Assembly: GCA_030390025.1 (NCBI GenBank)
Contig: CM059431.1
Location: forward strand, 132,310,001 to 132,374,000
Reading direction: 5' to 3'
Origin: Squalus acanthias
Taxonomy: Eukaryota
DNA: 64,000 nt
Shown: piece after piece, positions 1-13,320 of the stretch
Layout of the letters: every line of letters starts with the position of its first letter
Position numbering within the stretch: position 1 is the stretch's first letter
The notes under the pieces: generated by a model
Told to the model about the DNA's origin: nothing
What the model saw: the letters and a program-made list of their open reading frames with translations, nothing else
The model's database searches: none
Made by a program: the position numbers and the translations under genes

Positions 1-1016
1 TATCTCACGTTGGACCCACAGAGGTGTGCATCTCTGCGCTGGTGCAGGGTGCGCTAATTTCTGCTGACATTGCTCCCTCAGAGGCTGGACAGTAAGGAGG
101 GGGGGCTCTTGATGGTCCTGTGGGAGAGTAAAGACATGAGTTAGACATGTAATAGGTAGGTTGCAGACACATCCCATTGTGCACATAATTAGCACTCAAT
201 TTCGAGGAACATCAGATCCTATATGAGTCACTCCTGAATGCCAAATCAGATGTTTGGAAAATAATTCTGTCACCAGGTTGTTCGACTGAGCCCGTCTCTC
301 CGTCCCCCACTTCAAGCTCCTCAGCACCTCCAACAATGTCTAGAGCTGCCTCCTCAGCATGGGTGAGCTGTGCCACCGATGGTGTTCCTCCTCCTGTTCT
401 CTCCCTCTCCCTCTTACTGTGGGATCTCTTTTCCTGCACGGTGAGACAGAAGTGCAGTTTTAGTGAACCTGATGGAATGAGTGTAAAGAATGGATAGGAT
501 AGATGCTCGAGGCAGACTGTGATGGAGTGAGGTGCCAATACCAATTTCCTTCCTTGTGAGTTGTTAGTTGTTGTCATTGTATAACATTGAGAGTTAGTGT
601 GAGGGGTGCATAGAAAGATGGGGATGTGATTCTGTACATAGGGAGAGAGGGATGGGTGACAGTGCAAGGGATGTTGGGGTGAGTTAGGATGTGCAGGAAT
701 AGGGTTGGAAATGCTGAGTAATGGGGATGTGAAGACAGGCACAGTAGAATGAAGGTAAGTTTGCTGTTATACTCATTTTTGCTGAACGCAGGAGATCATT
801 GAACCTCTTTCTACACTGGACCCAGGTGCATGTACAGATAGACCTCACACTCACCTCCTCAGCTATTTGCAGCCAGGCTGCCTTGGTGTGCTGAGGAGGC
901 TTCCTCCTTCCATCAGAAGGGAACAGTACCTCCTTACGCCCTCTTACTCCCTCCACAAGAACATGGAGGGAGTCATAGTCGAAACGGGGAGCAGCCTTTG
1001 TTCTAGGTGCAGTCAT
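1..1016 (-). pseudogene. Harbinger Myb/SANT-like DNA-binding gene; exons 777-1016, 274-433, 1-117
   Basis: MTAPRTKAAPRFDYDSLHVLVEGV...AWLQIAEEVS...TWVQCRKRFNDLLRSAK, then EKRSHSKRERERTGGG. Same 240/160-nt exons as the sister copies. The first donor is mutated to ATGAGT. Confidence 0.85.
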
Positions 1017-1270
1017 CTCGGCAAACAGCAGCACTCCGGAGCATCAAAATGTAATTGAAAGCCAAAGGGGACACGGCCCCCTTAAATACAGCAGCTTCAA
1101 ATGCGTCATCACAGGCGAGCAGCAGACCCACACACACTGATTGGGCCGGGTAACGCGCACAGCGGGTTTAATAAGCCCAATCTACTCAAAAATCGTTAGC
1201 GCAGAGCGGATGGAACCGGGAGCGGGTCCGGAACCCGCCAAACACCTAACCTGACGTCTGTTCCACTTTT
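1..1270 (-). mobile_element. PIF/Harbinger transposon (partial, runs off window start)
   Basis: Contains a Myb/SANT-like gene and a CpG-rich terminal region similar to the other Harbinger copies. Right boundary approximate. Confidence 0.8.
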
Positions 1271-2478
1271 TTCCACAATTACAGGAAAGTGTTTTGTACA
1301 ATTGACAGAAGCTATGAACAGCTTGGCCATCAAACCAGAATAACTATGAATAACCAGCAAGATGCTTTGAGTCATACCTAATTACTGTTGCACCCAGACA
1401 TTTACTGAAAAGCACGATCGCTTTGGTAACATCTCCCGATGACTGTGAGGCATTGCAGAGTTTATGTCAGTCACCCTTTTAATGGGGAATGGCCCCTGTG
1501 AACGGAATTTCAATTTTTAAACGTTTCCTGGTGCTCAGTGAAAGCATAAATGTGAACTGGTTGTGGATAACTTGAAACAATTAGCCGTTATTTCTGGTTC
1601 ACTTAGGTTGGCACACAAGACAGGAACATGTTCGTGACTGCTGACTAGTCTAATGAAGTTCACATCTGTACAGTTTGACACAGGGGTGCATTTTTCCACT
1701 TCCAAAATCTGCTAGTGACAGCTTTATTCTTTGATGAGTCAAAATGGCCAGACGATCAGAGGTGCAGAGCTGAAGAACAAGACCCCAGACTCTCTTTAGT
1801 GACGTATTGAAGAAAAGTTTCCACAGACCTTCAGATTCCACAGCTTATTAATTAGACTGACAGAACCACCTGTCCTTCTACCCTAGAACAAGTACAAGTG
1901 ATGTAATGGGAATAAGGTATTGATGTCTGTCTATGGGTTATGTGCGTTACTTCAGATTCTTCTACAAAGAATACAATCAAGACCATTATAGTAAATGTTT
2001 AGTTACAATTTCCAACCAGCATTGGATAGAATGTGCTTGAGATGATTGATTGTTTCCTTGAACTTTCCAAGTTATATCTGTCAAATATTCCCTTGTCAGT
2101 ACATATTGTCAGTAAATATTCTCCTTTTAATAGAAATCTTGGACTCCAGAAAATTGCAGAAATAAAGTTATATATGCAGAATATTCTGAGCACTTGTGTA
2201 ACAATAGTGTTACTGTCTTTTTATCTATTACTTTCAAACAACAACTTGATTCAGTTGATGTTTTGTCAAAGGAGATTAGCTTGAAGATAAAACAAAGCAA
2301 AGATTGCTAGACGCCTATACATGTAAAGTGAGGTTTTTAATCCAAACATATATAAACCCCATTCACCTTTATTGATGTCCATTGTAAAATTACCACAGTC
2401 ATTCCTGTTTTCTTTTTACTACCCTGTTTGGCTGACATTGATGATTAAGATGCTTCTTTTCTCTCATGACATCTTCAG

Positions 2479-2615
2479 GTTACTGAGGTTAAAGGGAAAC
2501 TGAAGCTGGCTAAGAAGTTCTGGTCCACGTTGCCTTACACCATCTGTAATGATGACAAAGTGACAGCTGGTGTGCCCGATGAAGAAGAATGCTGGAATGG
2601 ACACACCAAGGGCAG
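2479..2615 (+). CDS. GPC6: Glypican-6, internal coding exon (third from last)
   Basis: ttcag| acceptor and ag|gtgag donor. Translates [46 protein letters not shown], matching recalled GPC6 ([24 protein letters not shown]...[12 protein letters not shown]). 137 nt, phase-compatible with the next exon. Confidence 0.93.
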
Positions 2616-3899
2616 GTGAGGTACACTATGGAGGAGACATTCCCATCTTATTAGCATCAGAAACCTGCAGCTGGCACACTGTTCCTGCTCATTCGCAAAC
2701 AGGTGGTCAGATTTGGTGGTGGCAGCTGCTGCATGTCGCTGGTGTAAGGACAGTGCTGGGAGTTCTCAAGTGTGCAGTGTCATTACAATAAATCTTCAAC
2801 CAGCCAATTAGTTCCAGTTTGAAAATGCTTGGTGATGACAATGTTATTTCAGGAAGAGTAATAGTGTATGATGGAAAGCAATGAGTCAGATTCAACTTGC
2901 AATTAATTGCTGAACTAAATGAAGCAGGGCAGTTTAGATTGTTTGGCCAACCATCTATTCCCCATATTATGCTGGGTGATAAAGAAGAGTTTTGGTATAA
3001 AATAGACTCCAGCAAGTTTATTAGCAACTTACTTGCCCCTTTATTATAAATATAAATTTCTGGATATCTGCCAAAAAATCACAGCCACTGATGTACATTA
3101 TGTGTTACGCAGTTTTCCATGAAAAGTTATTCCAATGTTGTCATCCTACCCCGATCAGCAGTGGCACCAATGTCCTTCAGCACACCTAGACCTCATTAAA
3201 GGTAATAACTGGTGCTAGTACTGCTCACCTTCAGTGAGTGATGAATCCTCTGCCTACCTAGCCTTCCCCTTGATTTTAGCCTTTTGCCCAGAAGTAACTA
3301 CAACATTATGTATGTGTAGGGCCTCAGCCTCTCAATTTACGATCTTTGCAAGTACCTTTTGAACTAAAATTTAATGTAGCTTAATCCTATAATTTAAACA
3401 AACTCTAATTAATGAAAGAATGAACAAGAGCTTCCATGTTGACTCATTAAGTAAATGTGCTATATGGTGTGTTACTGAACCAGGTTTGATATCTGGTCTG
3501 TGTTGATGTAGATGATCTCAGCTGGGGCAGTTGTGGGAACACTCACCTGATGTCAGCTTTTTGGGATACGGTGGCGGGGATAGTTAGCTAGGGGGCCAGG
3601 TCGCAATCTGTTGGCTCTTTGCTGAAAAGTGGTTGTGCGTGCAGGTCACAGTGGGGACAGATTTTGGGCTTGGCTTTGAAAACCCATGGGCAAAAAGCCT
3701 ACTGCCACAGTAGACCCACACATAAAGAATGGCCACATAGGGAAAGCCCAGAGGGCTGGCAGCACCCGTGAAACCAAAAACCCCAGCTGAGGCAATACCT
3801 TCAGGAAAGGAGAAAGGAAAGAGGACAACATTGGAGAAAAAATAAGTAAACATGCATGGTGATCAATATTGATGCCCTTCTGCTTCCTAAAGAGATAAT

Positions 3900-4607
3900 G
3901 GGGCATAATTTGCAGCCCCTACGAGTGCGTACGAGGTGTGTATGCGCCCGTAAGGACCGCGCAAGTTTCGGGTTTAGGCATGTGCTGTGCCTGCGCTAAA
4001 ACCCGGAACTTGCGATCTGTCAAGAATCTTCTTGACAGATCGTACGAATCCCCGGGAGAAGGGCTATTTGCCAAACTTCTACCCAGCAAATGCCCATGAA
4101 ATTCTTACGCCTGGTAAAAGCAGGCGTAAGGCGTCAGGCCTGCTTTTACCAGTGTAAGAGTTTTAAAAAACAGAAAACTAAAATGTTATCAATAATTTAT
4201 ACATTTAAAAACCTGTGAAATAAGGTAAGTTTACTTTTAGCCCTTTTAAAACATGTAAATTTATTTTTTAAAACATTACATTTTTTAATGTGATTTTTAT
4301 TTATTTGTAGTGTAGATGTATTTTTTGGGGTATTCCCATTCATGCTTATGGGGTTTTTGTATATACGGAATCCCCATAAGTATGAATAGGGATCCCCCTC
4401 TTTTATTGGTTGGGCTGGCCCACATGATCCCAGGGGCGCTTGCGAACCGCCTGCACCCCTGAGCTACGTGGGCCTCTACCCGCGGGTACTTGGGGAGGCC
4501 CAGGAGCACGAGTCTCCGTACCTCCCGGATCACCAGGTACGCGGGCATTTTATTTGCAGATTGGAGGCATTTCCCCGCGGGAAGCCTCCGACCACAAATT
4601 CAGGGCC
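3900..4607. mobile_element. Harbinger/Tourist-like MITE in a GPC6 intron
   Basis: Degenerate TIRs (ggggcataattt / aaattcagggcc) flanked by AAT on both sides. An inverted homolog lies at 25948-26655. Confidence 0.7.
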
Positions 4608-5633
4608 AATGTAGCAGAGAGATTTGCCGTGTTTATGTTACTCTCTGAATCCCACTCTTTGTACACTTTTAATTCCAATTTCAAAATAGGTTTCATTCAG
4701 CTTCAATTCAAGTTCTGATTTTCAAAAATCTGTGACCAGAACAGGGCAATTTTGTGATATACTGAGGGAGGATGTCAAGCTGCAGTATTCCCTTTCTAGG
4801 CGCTTAATGGCTCTGTATGGGGATCTGAGTTTTATTTTTGTTTTGATTCCTTTATAGTTGGTTTGTCCATGAATACCCTCTTCTCTCCTGCAGCACCACA
4901 GGTTTTGTAAAAAAATAACTAGTGAAAGAATATAAAAAGTATTGATGTGGTTGGAATAAAAAATAAGTGCAAGTCATTTATATCACTTGGTTGTTATAGC
5001 CTGTTCTGTCCTTAATCTATATTTAAAAGCTGTTTCATTATAGCCTGCTTAATGCCCTATGTGCACTGACAAAGTGGTGAATGAGCATTAGCTTTTGTGG
5101 TTTTAACACTGTAACAAGATTCCTGTTTTACACTTTATTTAAATGATTGCTTAATTAAATTTGTTTAAATATATTATATTAGTAATAAATTGAGAAGATC
5201 AACTTTCTGCAAACGTTACCACCGTTAACTACTTTCTTTATTTAATATAATGGGTCCCAATTGAAAAGATGTTGTAGATGCATGTAATATCATCCAGCAG
5301 CCGAACGCAATTGGTTTAAATCAATGCTGCACGAGATAATTCCTGTACCATCCCAAATTGCCATGTTCAACCTAAATTATCAGGTAATAGTGTCAATGTA
5401 GAAATGTACTTGACATGTGTCTTAATATCTAGTAATTTTTATGTTTTAAGTTTTCTTGAAAGTAGTTTTTTTTTAACCGAATAAAATAACAACACTGTGC
5501 TACAGTGTGTCAAATTGGTTCATTCCTTAAGCAAAGAAAATATACCTGTCGATTTATTTTCTGGAATGACACAAAAATAGAATTTCAATTACACTTTTTT
5601 ATAAAATAAAGAAATCAGCTTTGAATAGACATA

Positions 5634-6027
5634 CAGGAAACTTTTGTTTATCCGGCACCCAAATATCCGGAATTCTCGCTTAACCGGCAAAAATCATCCT
5701 CCGAAAACTCCTCTCAAATAACTGGCAATGTTGCCGAGTCGCAGGTGAGTCTCCACGAACGCCGAGTACTCCGAAAACTCCTCCCAAATAACCGGCAATG
5801 TTGCCGATCCCGAGTCCGCGAACGCCGATTTAGTCAGTAGGGGTAGTTTTCAAAAGTGCCACTACTCGGCCTCCTGGCGCTGTCGGAAGTATACTGCACA
5901 TTTCTTGATTTATTTATTTTTCTTTGTTAAAAATAGCCTTGGTAGATATAACTCTCCGTTATCCGGTACTTTCGATAAACCGGCACCACGCCGGTCCCGT
6001 CGATGCCGGTTAATAAAGAGTTTCCTG
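5634..6027. mobile_element. pogo/Tigger-like (Tc1/mariner) MITE
   Basis: TA TSD. 24-bp TIRs caggaaacttttgtttatccggca / tgccggttaataaagagtttcctg. Internal direct repeat at about 5701 and 5771. Confidence 0.85.
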
Positions 6028-6086
6028 TACATGGTCAGTCTTTCTTGGTGCTGTGCAGCCCTGAGTTATATGTTATAATAATTTGA

Positions 6087-6284
<198 letters not shown>

Positions 6285-6644
6285 TAATAATCTTCATTCA
6301 GAGACAGGAGTATAATGGAGGGATCTAAAAACTATGCCCTGCATTTGTCAAATCAGTGCAGCTAGTCCCCATCCTGCCACAGCTCTTACCCGAATCCTGT
6401 GTTTGAACACGACTACATACTGTGGACAGAAAGTCTAGCGAGTTCAGGAATTCCCGACCACAATATGCAGCCATGTTTAATCACCAGCTTTTAAAGCAGC
6501 TATGTTCAGCGGGCAGCTGCATTGAAAGGGGTGGAAGTGGGCGGGGAGGGGGAAAGAGTGGAAAATCAGGACCACACTGGGGAAGGGGGAAGATTACCAG
6601 CAGATTTGGGGGTAGGGAATAAAGTGCCACTAGGAACTGAGAAA

Positions 6645-8530
6645 CGGGGAAACAGAGTGCCGACCTGGACTGGGGAACAAGATGCCAGCACAGACTAGGG
6701 GCAGGGGGGAATCAGAGTGCCGACCTGGACTGGGGAACAAGATGCCAGCACAGACTAGGGGCAGGGGGGAATCAGAGGGCCAGACTGGACTGGGGAACAA
6801 GATGCCAGCACAGACTAGGGGCAGGGGGGAATCAGAGTGCCGACCTGGACTGGGGAACAAGATGCCAGCACAGACTAGGGGCAGGGGGGAATCAGAGGGC
6901 CAGACTGGACTGGGGAACAAGATGCCAGCACAGACTAGGGGCAGGGGGGAAACAGAGTGCCGACCTGGACTGGGGAACAAGATGCCAGCACAGACTAGGG
7001 GCAGGGGGGAATCAGAGGGCCAGACTGGACTGGGGAACAAGATGCCAGCACAGACTAGGGGCAGGGGGGAATCAGAGGGCCAGACTGGACTGGGGAACAA
7101 GATGCCAGCACAGACTAGGGGCAGGGGGGAATCAGAGGGCCAGACTGGACTGGGGAACAAGATGCCAGCACAGACTAGGGGCAGGGGGGAATCAGAGGGC
7201 CAGACTGGACTGGGGAACAAGATGCCATCACAGACTAGGGGCAGGGGGGAATCAGAGGGCCAGACTGGACTGGGGAACAAGATGCCAGCACAGACTAGGG
7301 GCAGGGGGGAATCAGAGGGCCAGACTGGACTGGGGAACAAGATGCCATCACAGACTAGGGGCAGGGGGGAATCAGAGGGCCAGACTGGACTGGGGAACAA
7401 GATGCCATCACAGACTAGGGGCAGGGGGGAATCAGAGGGCCAGACTGGACTGGGGAACAAGATGCCAGCACAGACTAGGGGCAGGGGGGAATCAGAGGGC
7501 CAGACTGGACTGGGGAACAAGATGCCATCACAGACTAGGGGCAGGGGGGAATCAGAGGGCCAGACTGGACTGGGGAACAAGATGCCAGCACAGACTAGGG
7601 GCAGGGGGGAATCAGAGTGCCGACCTGGACTGGGGAACAAGATGCCAGCACAGACTAGGGGCAGGGGGGAATCAGAGGGCCAGACTGGACTGGGGAACAA
7701 GATGCCAGCACAGACTAGGGGCAGGGGGGAATCAGAGTGCCGACCTGGACTGGGGAACAAGATGCCAGCACAGACTAGGGGCAGGGGGGAATCAGAGGGC
7801 CAGACTGGACTGGGGAACAAGATGCCATCACAGACTAGGGGCAGGGGGGAATCAGAGGGCCAGACTGGACTGGGGAACAAGATGCCAGCACAGACTAGGG
7901 GCAGGGGGGAAACAGAGGGCCAGACTGGACTGGGGAACAAGATGCCAGCACAGACTAGGGGCAGGGGGGAAACAGAGGGCCAGACTGGACTGGGGAACAA
8001 GATGCCAGCACAGACTAGGGGCAGGGGGGAATCAGAGGGCCAGACTGGACTGGGGAACAAGATGCCATCACAGACTAGGGGCAGGGGGGAATCAGAGGGC
8101 CAGACTGGACTGGGGAACAAGATGCCAGCACAGACTAGGGGCAGGGGGGAATCAGAGTGCCGACCTGGACTGGGGAACAAGATGCCAGCACAGACTAGGG
8201 GCAGGGGGGAATCAGAGGGCCAGACTGGACTGGGGAACAAGATGCCATCACAGACTAGGGGCAGGGGGGAATCAGAGGGCCAGACTGGACTGGGGAACAA
8301 GATGCCAGCACAGACTAGGGGCAGGGGGGAAACAGAGGGCCAGACTGGACTGGGGAACAAGATGCCAGCACAGACTAGGGGCAGGGGGGAAACAGAGGGC
8401 CAGACTGGACTGGGGAACAAGATGCCAGCACAGACTAGGGGCAGGGGGGAATCAGAGGGCCAGACTGGACTGGGGAACAAGATGCCAGCACAGACTAGGG
8501 GCAGGGGGGAAACAGAGGGCCAGACTGGAT
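6645..8530. repeat. 60-bp G-rich minisatellite, about 31 copies, in the last GPC6 intron
   Basis: Unit cagactggactggggaacaagatgccagcacagactaggggcaggggggaatcagagggc repeated in exact 60-nt register with three variable sites. Confidence 0.99.
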
Positions 8531-9207
8531 TGGAATGGAAGCAAAAGAGTGCTTGTTTATTCCATTCCGATACTTGTAACCTTGCTTTGAAGTATCTCTT
8601 TCCAGCTTCACAGGTTCCATTCTGACTGTAGGTGGCAGGTTGTCCCGCTGATCTGGTCTGGCTCAGCCGTTCAATGTTCCCATCAGGGTGTGTTTTCTGT
8701 GTTTTAATTGTAGTTGTGACATCATAAAGTATTTAAGCATATATTAGACAAAGTGTACTCCAAAATTCAGGAAAACACGCCAAATAGTGTCAAAATCAGA
8801 ATTTGGGGGGAAGGTATTCCTTAATTTCCCCAGAAAGAAAATCTTGAGCACAATGTACAGTATACCCACTTCTAATATTATCTCTACACTCCTACTGAAA
8901 GATCACACATTGGCACATTTAGTTAGAAGTTCAGACGTGCGTTGACCATGATTTTCCAACCATTAATGGTGATACGCGCCTGCGTTTCCGTTATACGCTG
9001 CCAATGGGTAAGGTTCCCAGCTGGCAGTGCAGACTGATAAAATGAACCCCCATCATAATTTACCCCAGGTCATGAGCATGGCTGTACACCACGTGCCCAC
9101 AGCATTCACCTTACAGGAAGAAAGTCTTGTTTGAAGTGTGGCCATAAAATCTCATGGTTATCGCAGATTTGATTTGATTTCTTTTTTGAATCACATGTGT
9201 TCTTACA

Positions 9208-9683
9208 TCAGTGACAGGAAACAGAGAGTAGTGGTGAATGGTTGTTTTTCGGACTGGAGGAATCTATACAGTGGTGTTCCCCAGGCATTAGTTCTAGGAC
9301 CACTGCTTTTCTTGATATATATTAATGACTTGGACGTGGGTGTACAGGGCACAATTTAAAAATTTGCAGATGACACAAAACTTGGAAGTATAGTGAACAG
9401 TGAGGAGGAGAATGATAGACTTCAGGAAGACATAGACAGGCTGGTGAAATGGGCAGATACGTGGCAGATGAAATTTAACGCAGAAAAGTGTGAAGTGATA
9501 CATTTTGGTAGAACGAATGAGGAGAGAACATATAAACTAAATGGTACAATCCTAAAGGAGGTGCACAAACAGGGAGACCTGGGGGTATGTGTGCATAAAT
9601 CATTGAAGGTGGCAGGGCAGGTTGAGAAAACAGTTAAAAAGGCTTACGGGATCCCGGGCTTCATAAATAGAGGTATAGAGTGC
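9208..9683 (+). mobile_element. CR1 LINE RT fragment
   Basis: RKQRVVVNG...SGVPQ..VLGPLLFLIYINDLD...KFADDTK motifs with an in-frame stop. Confidence 0.9.
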
Positions 9684-10306
9684 ATAAGCAATGATCCCAC
9701 ATGTCTTTAGATAAAACAGGCAAATAGAGCCTATGAAAGTAAGAGGGCTGCCAAGTGTTTTAATTGGCTCAAGGTCCCCCATTTCATTACAAAATGCACT
9801 AGAATGCTCAGTTTTGATGATCAGTAGATCAGCAAACAGACACATAACTATTGAGTGGTGACAAGCCCGTGCCGACTCTCAGCTAGTCACACTCCCCTGC
9901 CCTTTCCCCGTAGCCCTGCAATTTCTTTTCCTTCAGATACTTATCCAACTCCCTTTTGAAAGATAAAATTGAGTCTGCCTCTACCACCCTTTCAGGCCTG
10001 GAAATGGTTAAATCATGAGGCATTAGCTGTGCTAAAATCAGATTGAAGGCCAGTATTCCAGATTGCTACATAGAATATTGAATCAATCATCCTGCTGGCA
10101 GAGTGAACGGTCGTTTGATAAAAGTTTGCCACCACTCAATAGTTATGTGTCTGTTTGCTGATCTACTGATCATCAAAACTGAGCATTCTAGTGCATTTTG
10201 TAATGAAATGGGGGACCTTGAGCCAATTAAAACACTTGGCAGCCCTCTTACTTTCATAGGCTCTATTTGCCTGTTTTGTCTAAAGACATCTGGGATCATT
10301 GCTTAT
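9684..10306. repeat. 181-bp inverted duplication (9684-9864 / 10126-10306)
   Basis: Arms are reverse complements with about 3 mismatches. The spacer includes a minus-strand CR1 3' end (9865-9997). Confidence 0.95.
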
Positions 10307-10389
10307 ATCCATAATATAACCACATGGGGCATACCTTAGTTCCTCGGGCTTTGACTGCTTGCATTCCTATAGAATCTTTAACATAAAAA

Positions 10390-10700
10390 AAGTCTCAAGG
10401 CACTTTACAGAGATGTAAGGAAAATGGATGCTGAGCCAAAGAGAAGATTAGGAGGGATGACCAAAAGCTTGGTCGAAAAGTGGGTTTGAAGGAGGAAATT
10501 AAAAGAGGACAAGGAAGTGGAGAGACCGAGGGGTTTACAGGGGGAATTCCAGAGAAGGGGGCAGCTGAAGGCACGGCTGCAGTGGTGGAGCAAAGGGAGG
10601 GGGAGATGTACAAGGGGCTAGAGTCATAGGAATGCAGAGTTCTGGGGAGGTGTTGTAATGCTAGGGGAGGTTACAGAAATAGGGAATGGTGAGACCATGA
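10390..10700 (-). mobile_element. L2 LINE 3' fragment
   Basis: Reverse complement of the L2 3' end seen at about 62700-63050. Confidence 0.75.
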
Positions 10701-10948
10701 GCCTCCCTCTGTAATGGATGGCTTATAGTTTTTTTTTAATGTGCCCCTCAACTTCAGGGGTCCAGACCCTGGTCTCGATCCCAGCCACAGCCACTGCTGA
10801 TTTGGCAACATGTTCCGGTGCTTTACCTAGTAGCAGGCATTGCTGACAGTGCTATGAGGAGATCAGGAGAAGCCCAGTGGAATTTCAGGGCCATGTTCTT
10901 TAGGAAATCCCTCTGATCAATTTTCACTGGAATCATTTTTCTTTTCAG

Positions 10949-11151
10949 TTGATGAAGCAAGCGGCTCAGGGAGTGGTAGCGGCTGCACCGATGAAATGTG
11001 TCCTCCAGAGTTTGACTTTTCAACCACTGAGGCTCCACCGGGGCCCAACAAGAGTGAGCCAAAAGATTCCACAGCAGTCAGACCCTGCCCGCACTGGCTG
11101 ACCGTATTTGTCATCTCTCTACTCCTGGTACTACAAAGACAGTGGAGATAA
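10949..11151 (+). CDS. GPC6: Glypican-6, terminal coding exon (heparan-sulfate SG repeats and GPI signal)
   Basis: tttttcttttcag| acceptor. DEASGSGSGSGCTDEMCPPEFDFSTTEAPP...WLTVFVISLLLVLQRQWR-TAA: SGSGSG GAG-attachment cluster followed by a hydrophobic GPI signal. The DCT neighbour supports GPC6 over GPC4. Confidence 0.93.
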
Positions 11152-11471
11152 TCAGTGACATGCAGTAGAGACACTGCCTTTAAATAAAGGACAAACACTC
11201 TTTTCCTTTTGGATACATCATCAAATACACAACTCCATCTTGGAACGGTAACAGTTTTAAAGCAGAAAGAGGTACTGTAGCCTGCTGCCCCTTTACCCAA
11301 AGACCACCAGGTGCCATTCAGGTCTACTAGTGCCAGGTTGCTTTATATTCACCCAGACCTCAGATGAAAAAAAAAACTCTCTGAAGATTGCTCGCCTGCA
11401 GTTGGTTTTGTTTCCAGAAACAAGACATCATCCTCTCTGCTTATTTTATGCAGCTATAAAAAATGGGATTC

Positions 11472-11477
11472 AATAAA
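11472..11477 (+). promoter_or_regulatory. Candidate GPC6 polyadenylation signal (AATAAA)
   Basis: AATAAA about 320 nt after the stop. Other AATAAA sites at about 11183, 11908 and 11935 are alternatives. Confidence 0.3.
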
Positions 11478-12957
11478 GACTTGGCCTGGACTTGATATGA
11501 TTTATACATTAATTCTGATTTTAATATCTAAGTTCTACTTTTACAATTTCCACAAAGCGAAAGGAATGGCTGCAAAATGTTCTGGATAATGAGAAGTGTA
11601 TCTGTTGTATCTCTTTACAGAGACTTATCAACTAACAGTGAAGTTCAGTGATGGCAGTGGTTGAATGATGCATGAATGTTGTTGGTTTAGTGGCACAGTT
11701 CAACCTCAACCAACCAACCACTGTGTTGGATTGTCAATTGGAAAATTTGAAATAAGCAGGTTTTTGAACAGATGTATTTATAATTGGCTTTTTTTGTAAA
11801 CAATGAAAAATTTGGAGTGTTATAGAGCTTACAGAACAAATAACTACACAAACATTATTAATGAACAGCTGAGAGGAGGTGAAAAACATTCAAGATCTCT
11901 GGTAAAGAATAAAGGGATTTAATAATGTACTTTTAATAAAAACACGTGATATGTGGTATGTTGCCAAATCACAACAGAAGAAAGATCTAGGAAGGTTATG
12001 GCCTCTGACCTTGCTGTTTAGGTGTATTATTATTTTTTGTTCCCCTAATTTTTGCTGCTGATCCTGATCCAATGAAAATGGTCTTGTATGTGTGTCTGAT
12101 AATTCCTGATGCTCTTCCGTTTGCCTGTTGTTCCATGTTTTCTCAATAAGTACCCTAAAGAGTTAGAGTCCTGCAGAGTGCTGCTGCCAGACATTTAAGG
12201 AACTTGAAAAAGAAAGCAAAATTCTAGTTTTATTTTCAACTTTTAGTTCTAGTGGTAGTCATCTATTTTTATATTAAAAATGTTAAGTAATTCTAAGTGT
12301 TAGCTCAGGGTTTAAATGTCATTGTGTTACCTGCATTTTACCATATCTCTAATGCTGAGCACAATGGTGACCCGGGAACATTTATACTGAAAAAGACAAA
12401 ATTTACAGTTGTAGAAACACCAGTTGGCAATGTAATTGGTGAGTGGTTCTTGTCAACATCGTTCACATCAGAGAAGAGTGTCTGACATTTGTATGTGTTT
12501 TACCTTTTCTCTGCATTCTGTGACACAGAAGTAAATCTGTAATAATGAGTGGATAGGTTCGCTTCCTTACATGCTATCTATCTGATGCAGTCTGGATGAT
12601 TTTTGCAGTCACGGCATGTACTATTGAAGGGAAAATTAAAATCCATGCCTTTCAGCCCCATGAACACATTATGCAGCTTTCAAAATGTGTGCATGCTCCT
12701 GATGTAAAGCTGACTAACATAGCTTCGAACCATGGGAAAATGTGCTCAACCAAAGAACATTTCTAACGTCACAGTATTCAGAGCGTAACCATATTTTACT
12801 TACACCAAAAGAAATTCTCATTTCAAACTAAGATTATATGGTATGTTTGTGGATAAACTATAATAATTAATTTCTTTTTTTTTACGCTGGATACACCTGC
12901 GAGTCATTCTCCTAGGACAATTTTGAGCATCTTCTTTGGGGCTCCATCATTGTGTTA

Positions 12958-13320
12958 TAGAATCATACAGCACAGAAAGAGGCCATTCGGCCCATTGTGC
13001 CTGTGCTGGCATTTTGACATAGCTAGCCAATTAGTCCCACTCCCCTGCCCTTTCCCCATAACCCTGCAAATGTTTTTCTTTTTAAGTATATATCCAATTC
13101 CCTTTTGAAAGTTACTGCTGAATCCGCTTCCACCACCCATTCAGGCAGTGCATTCCAGATCATAACAACCCGCTGTATATAATAAATTCTCCTCATCTCC
13201 CTGTTGGAATTTTTGCCAGTTATCTTAAATCTGTGTCCTCTGGTTACTGACTCTCCTGCCAGTGGAAACATTTTCTCCCTATCTACTTTATCAAAACCCT
13301 TGATAATTTTGAACACCTCT
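12958..13320 (-). mobile_element. CR1 LINE 3' fragment
   Basis: EVFKIIKGFDKVD..MFPLAGESVTRGHRFK...QRVVMIWNALP, followed by the CR1 3' UTR. Confidence 0.9.

Noticed and set aside
6645..8530. CRISPR-like array
   Set aside because: No unique spacers, head-to-tail minisatellite, vertebrate context.
6630..8625. 647-aa (+) and 616-aa (-) ORFs
   Set aside because: They are by-products of a stop-free 60-bp tandem repeat inside a GPC6 intron. Both strands are open, and there is no splice or domain support.
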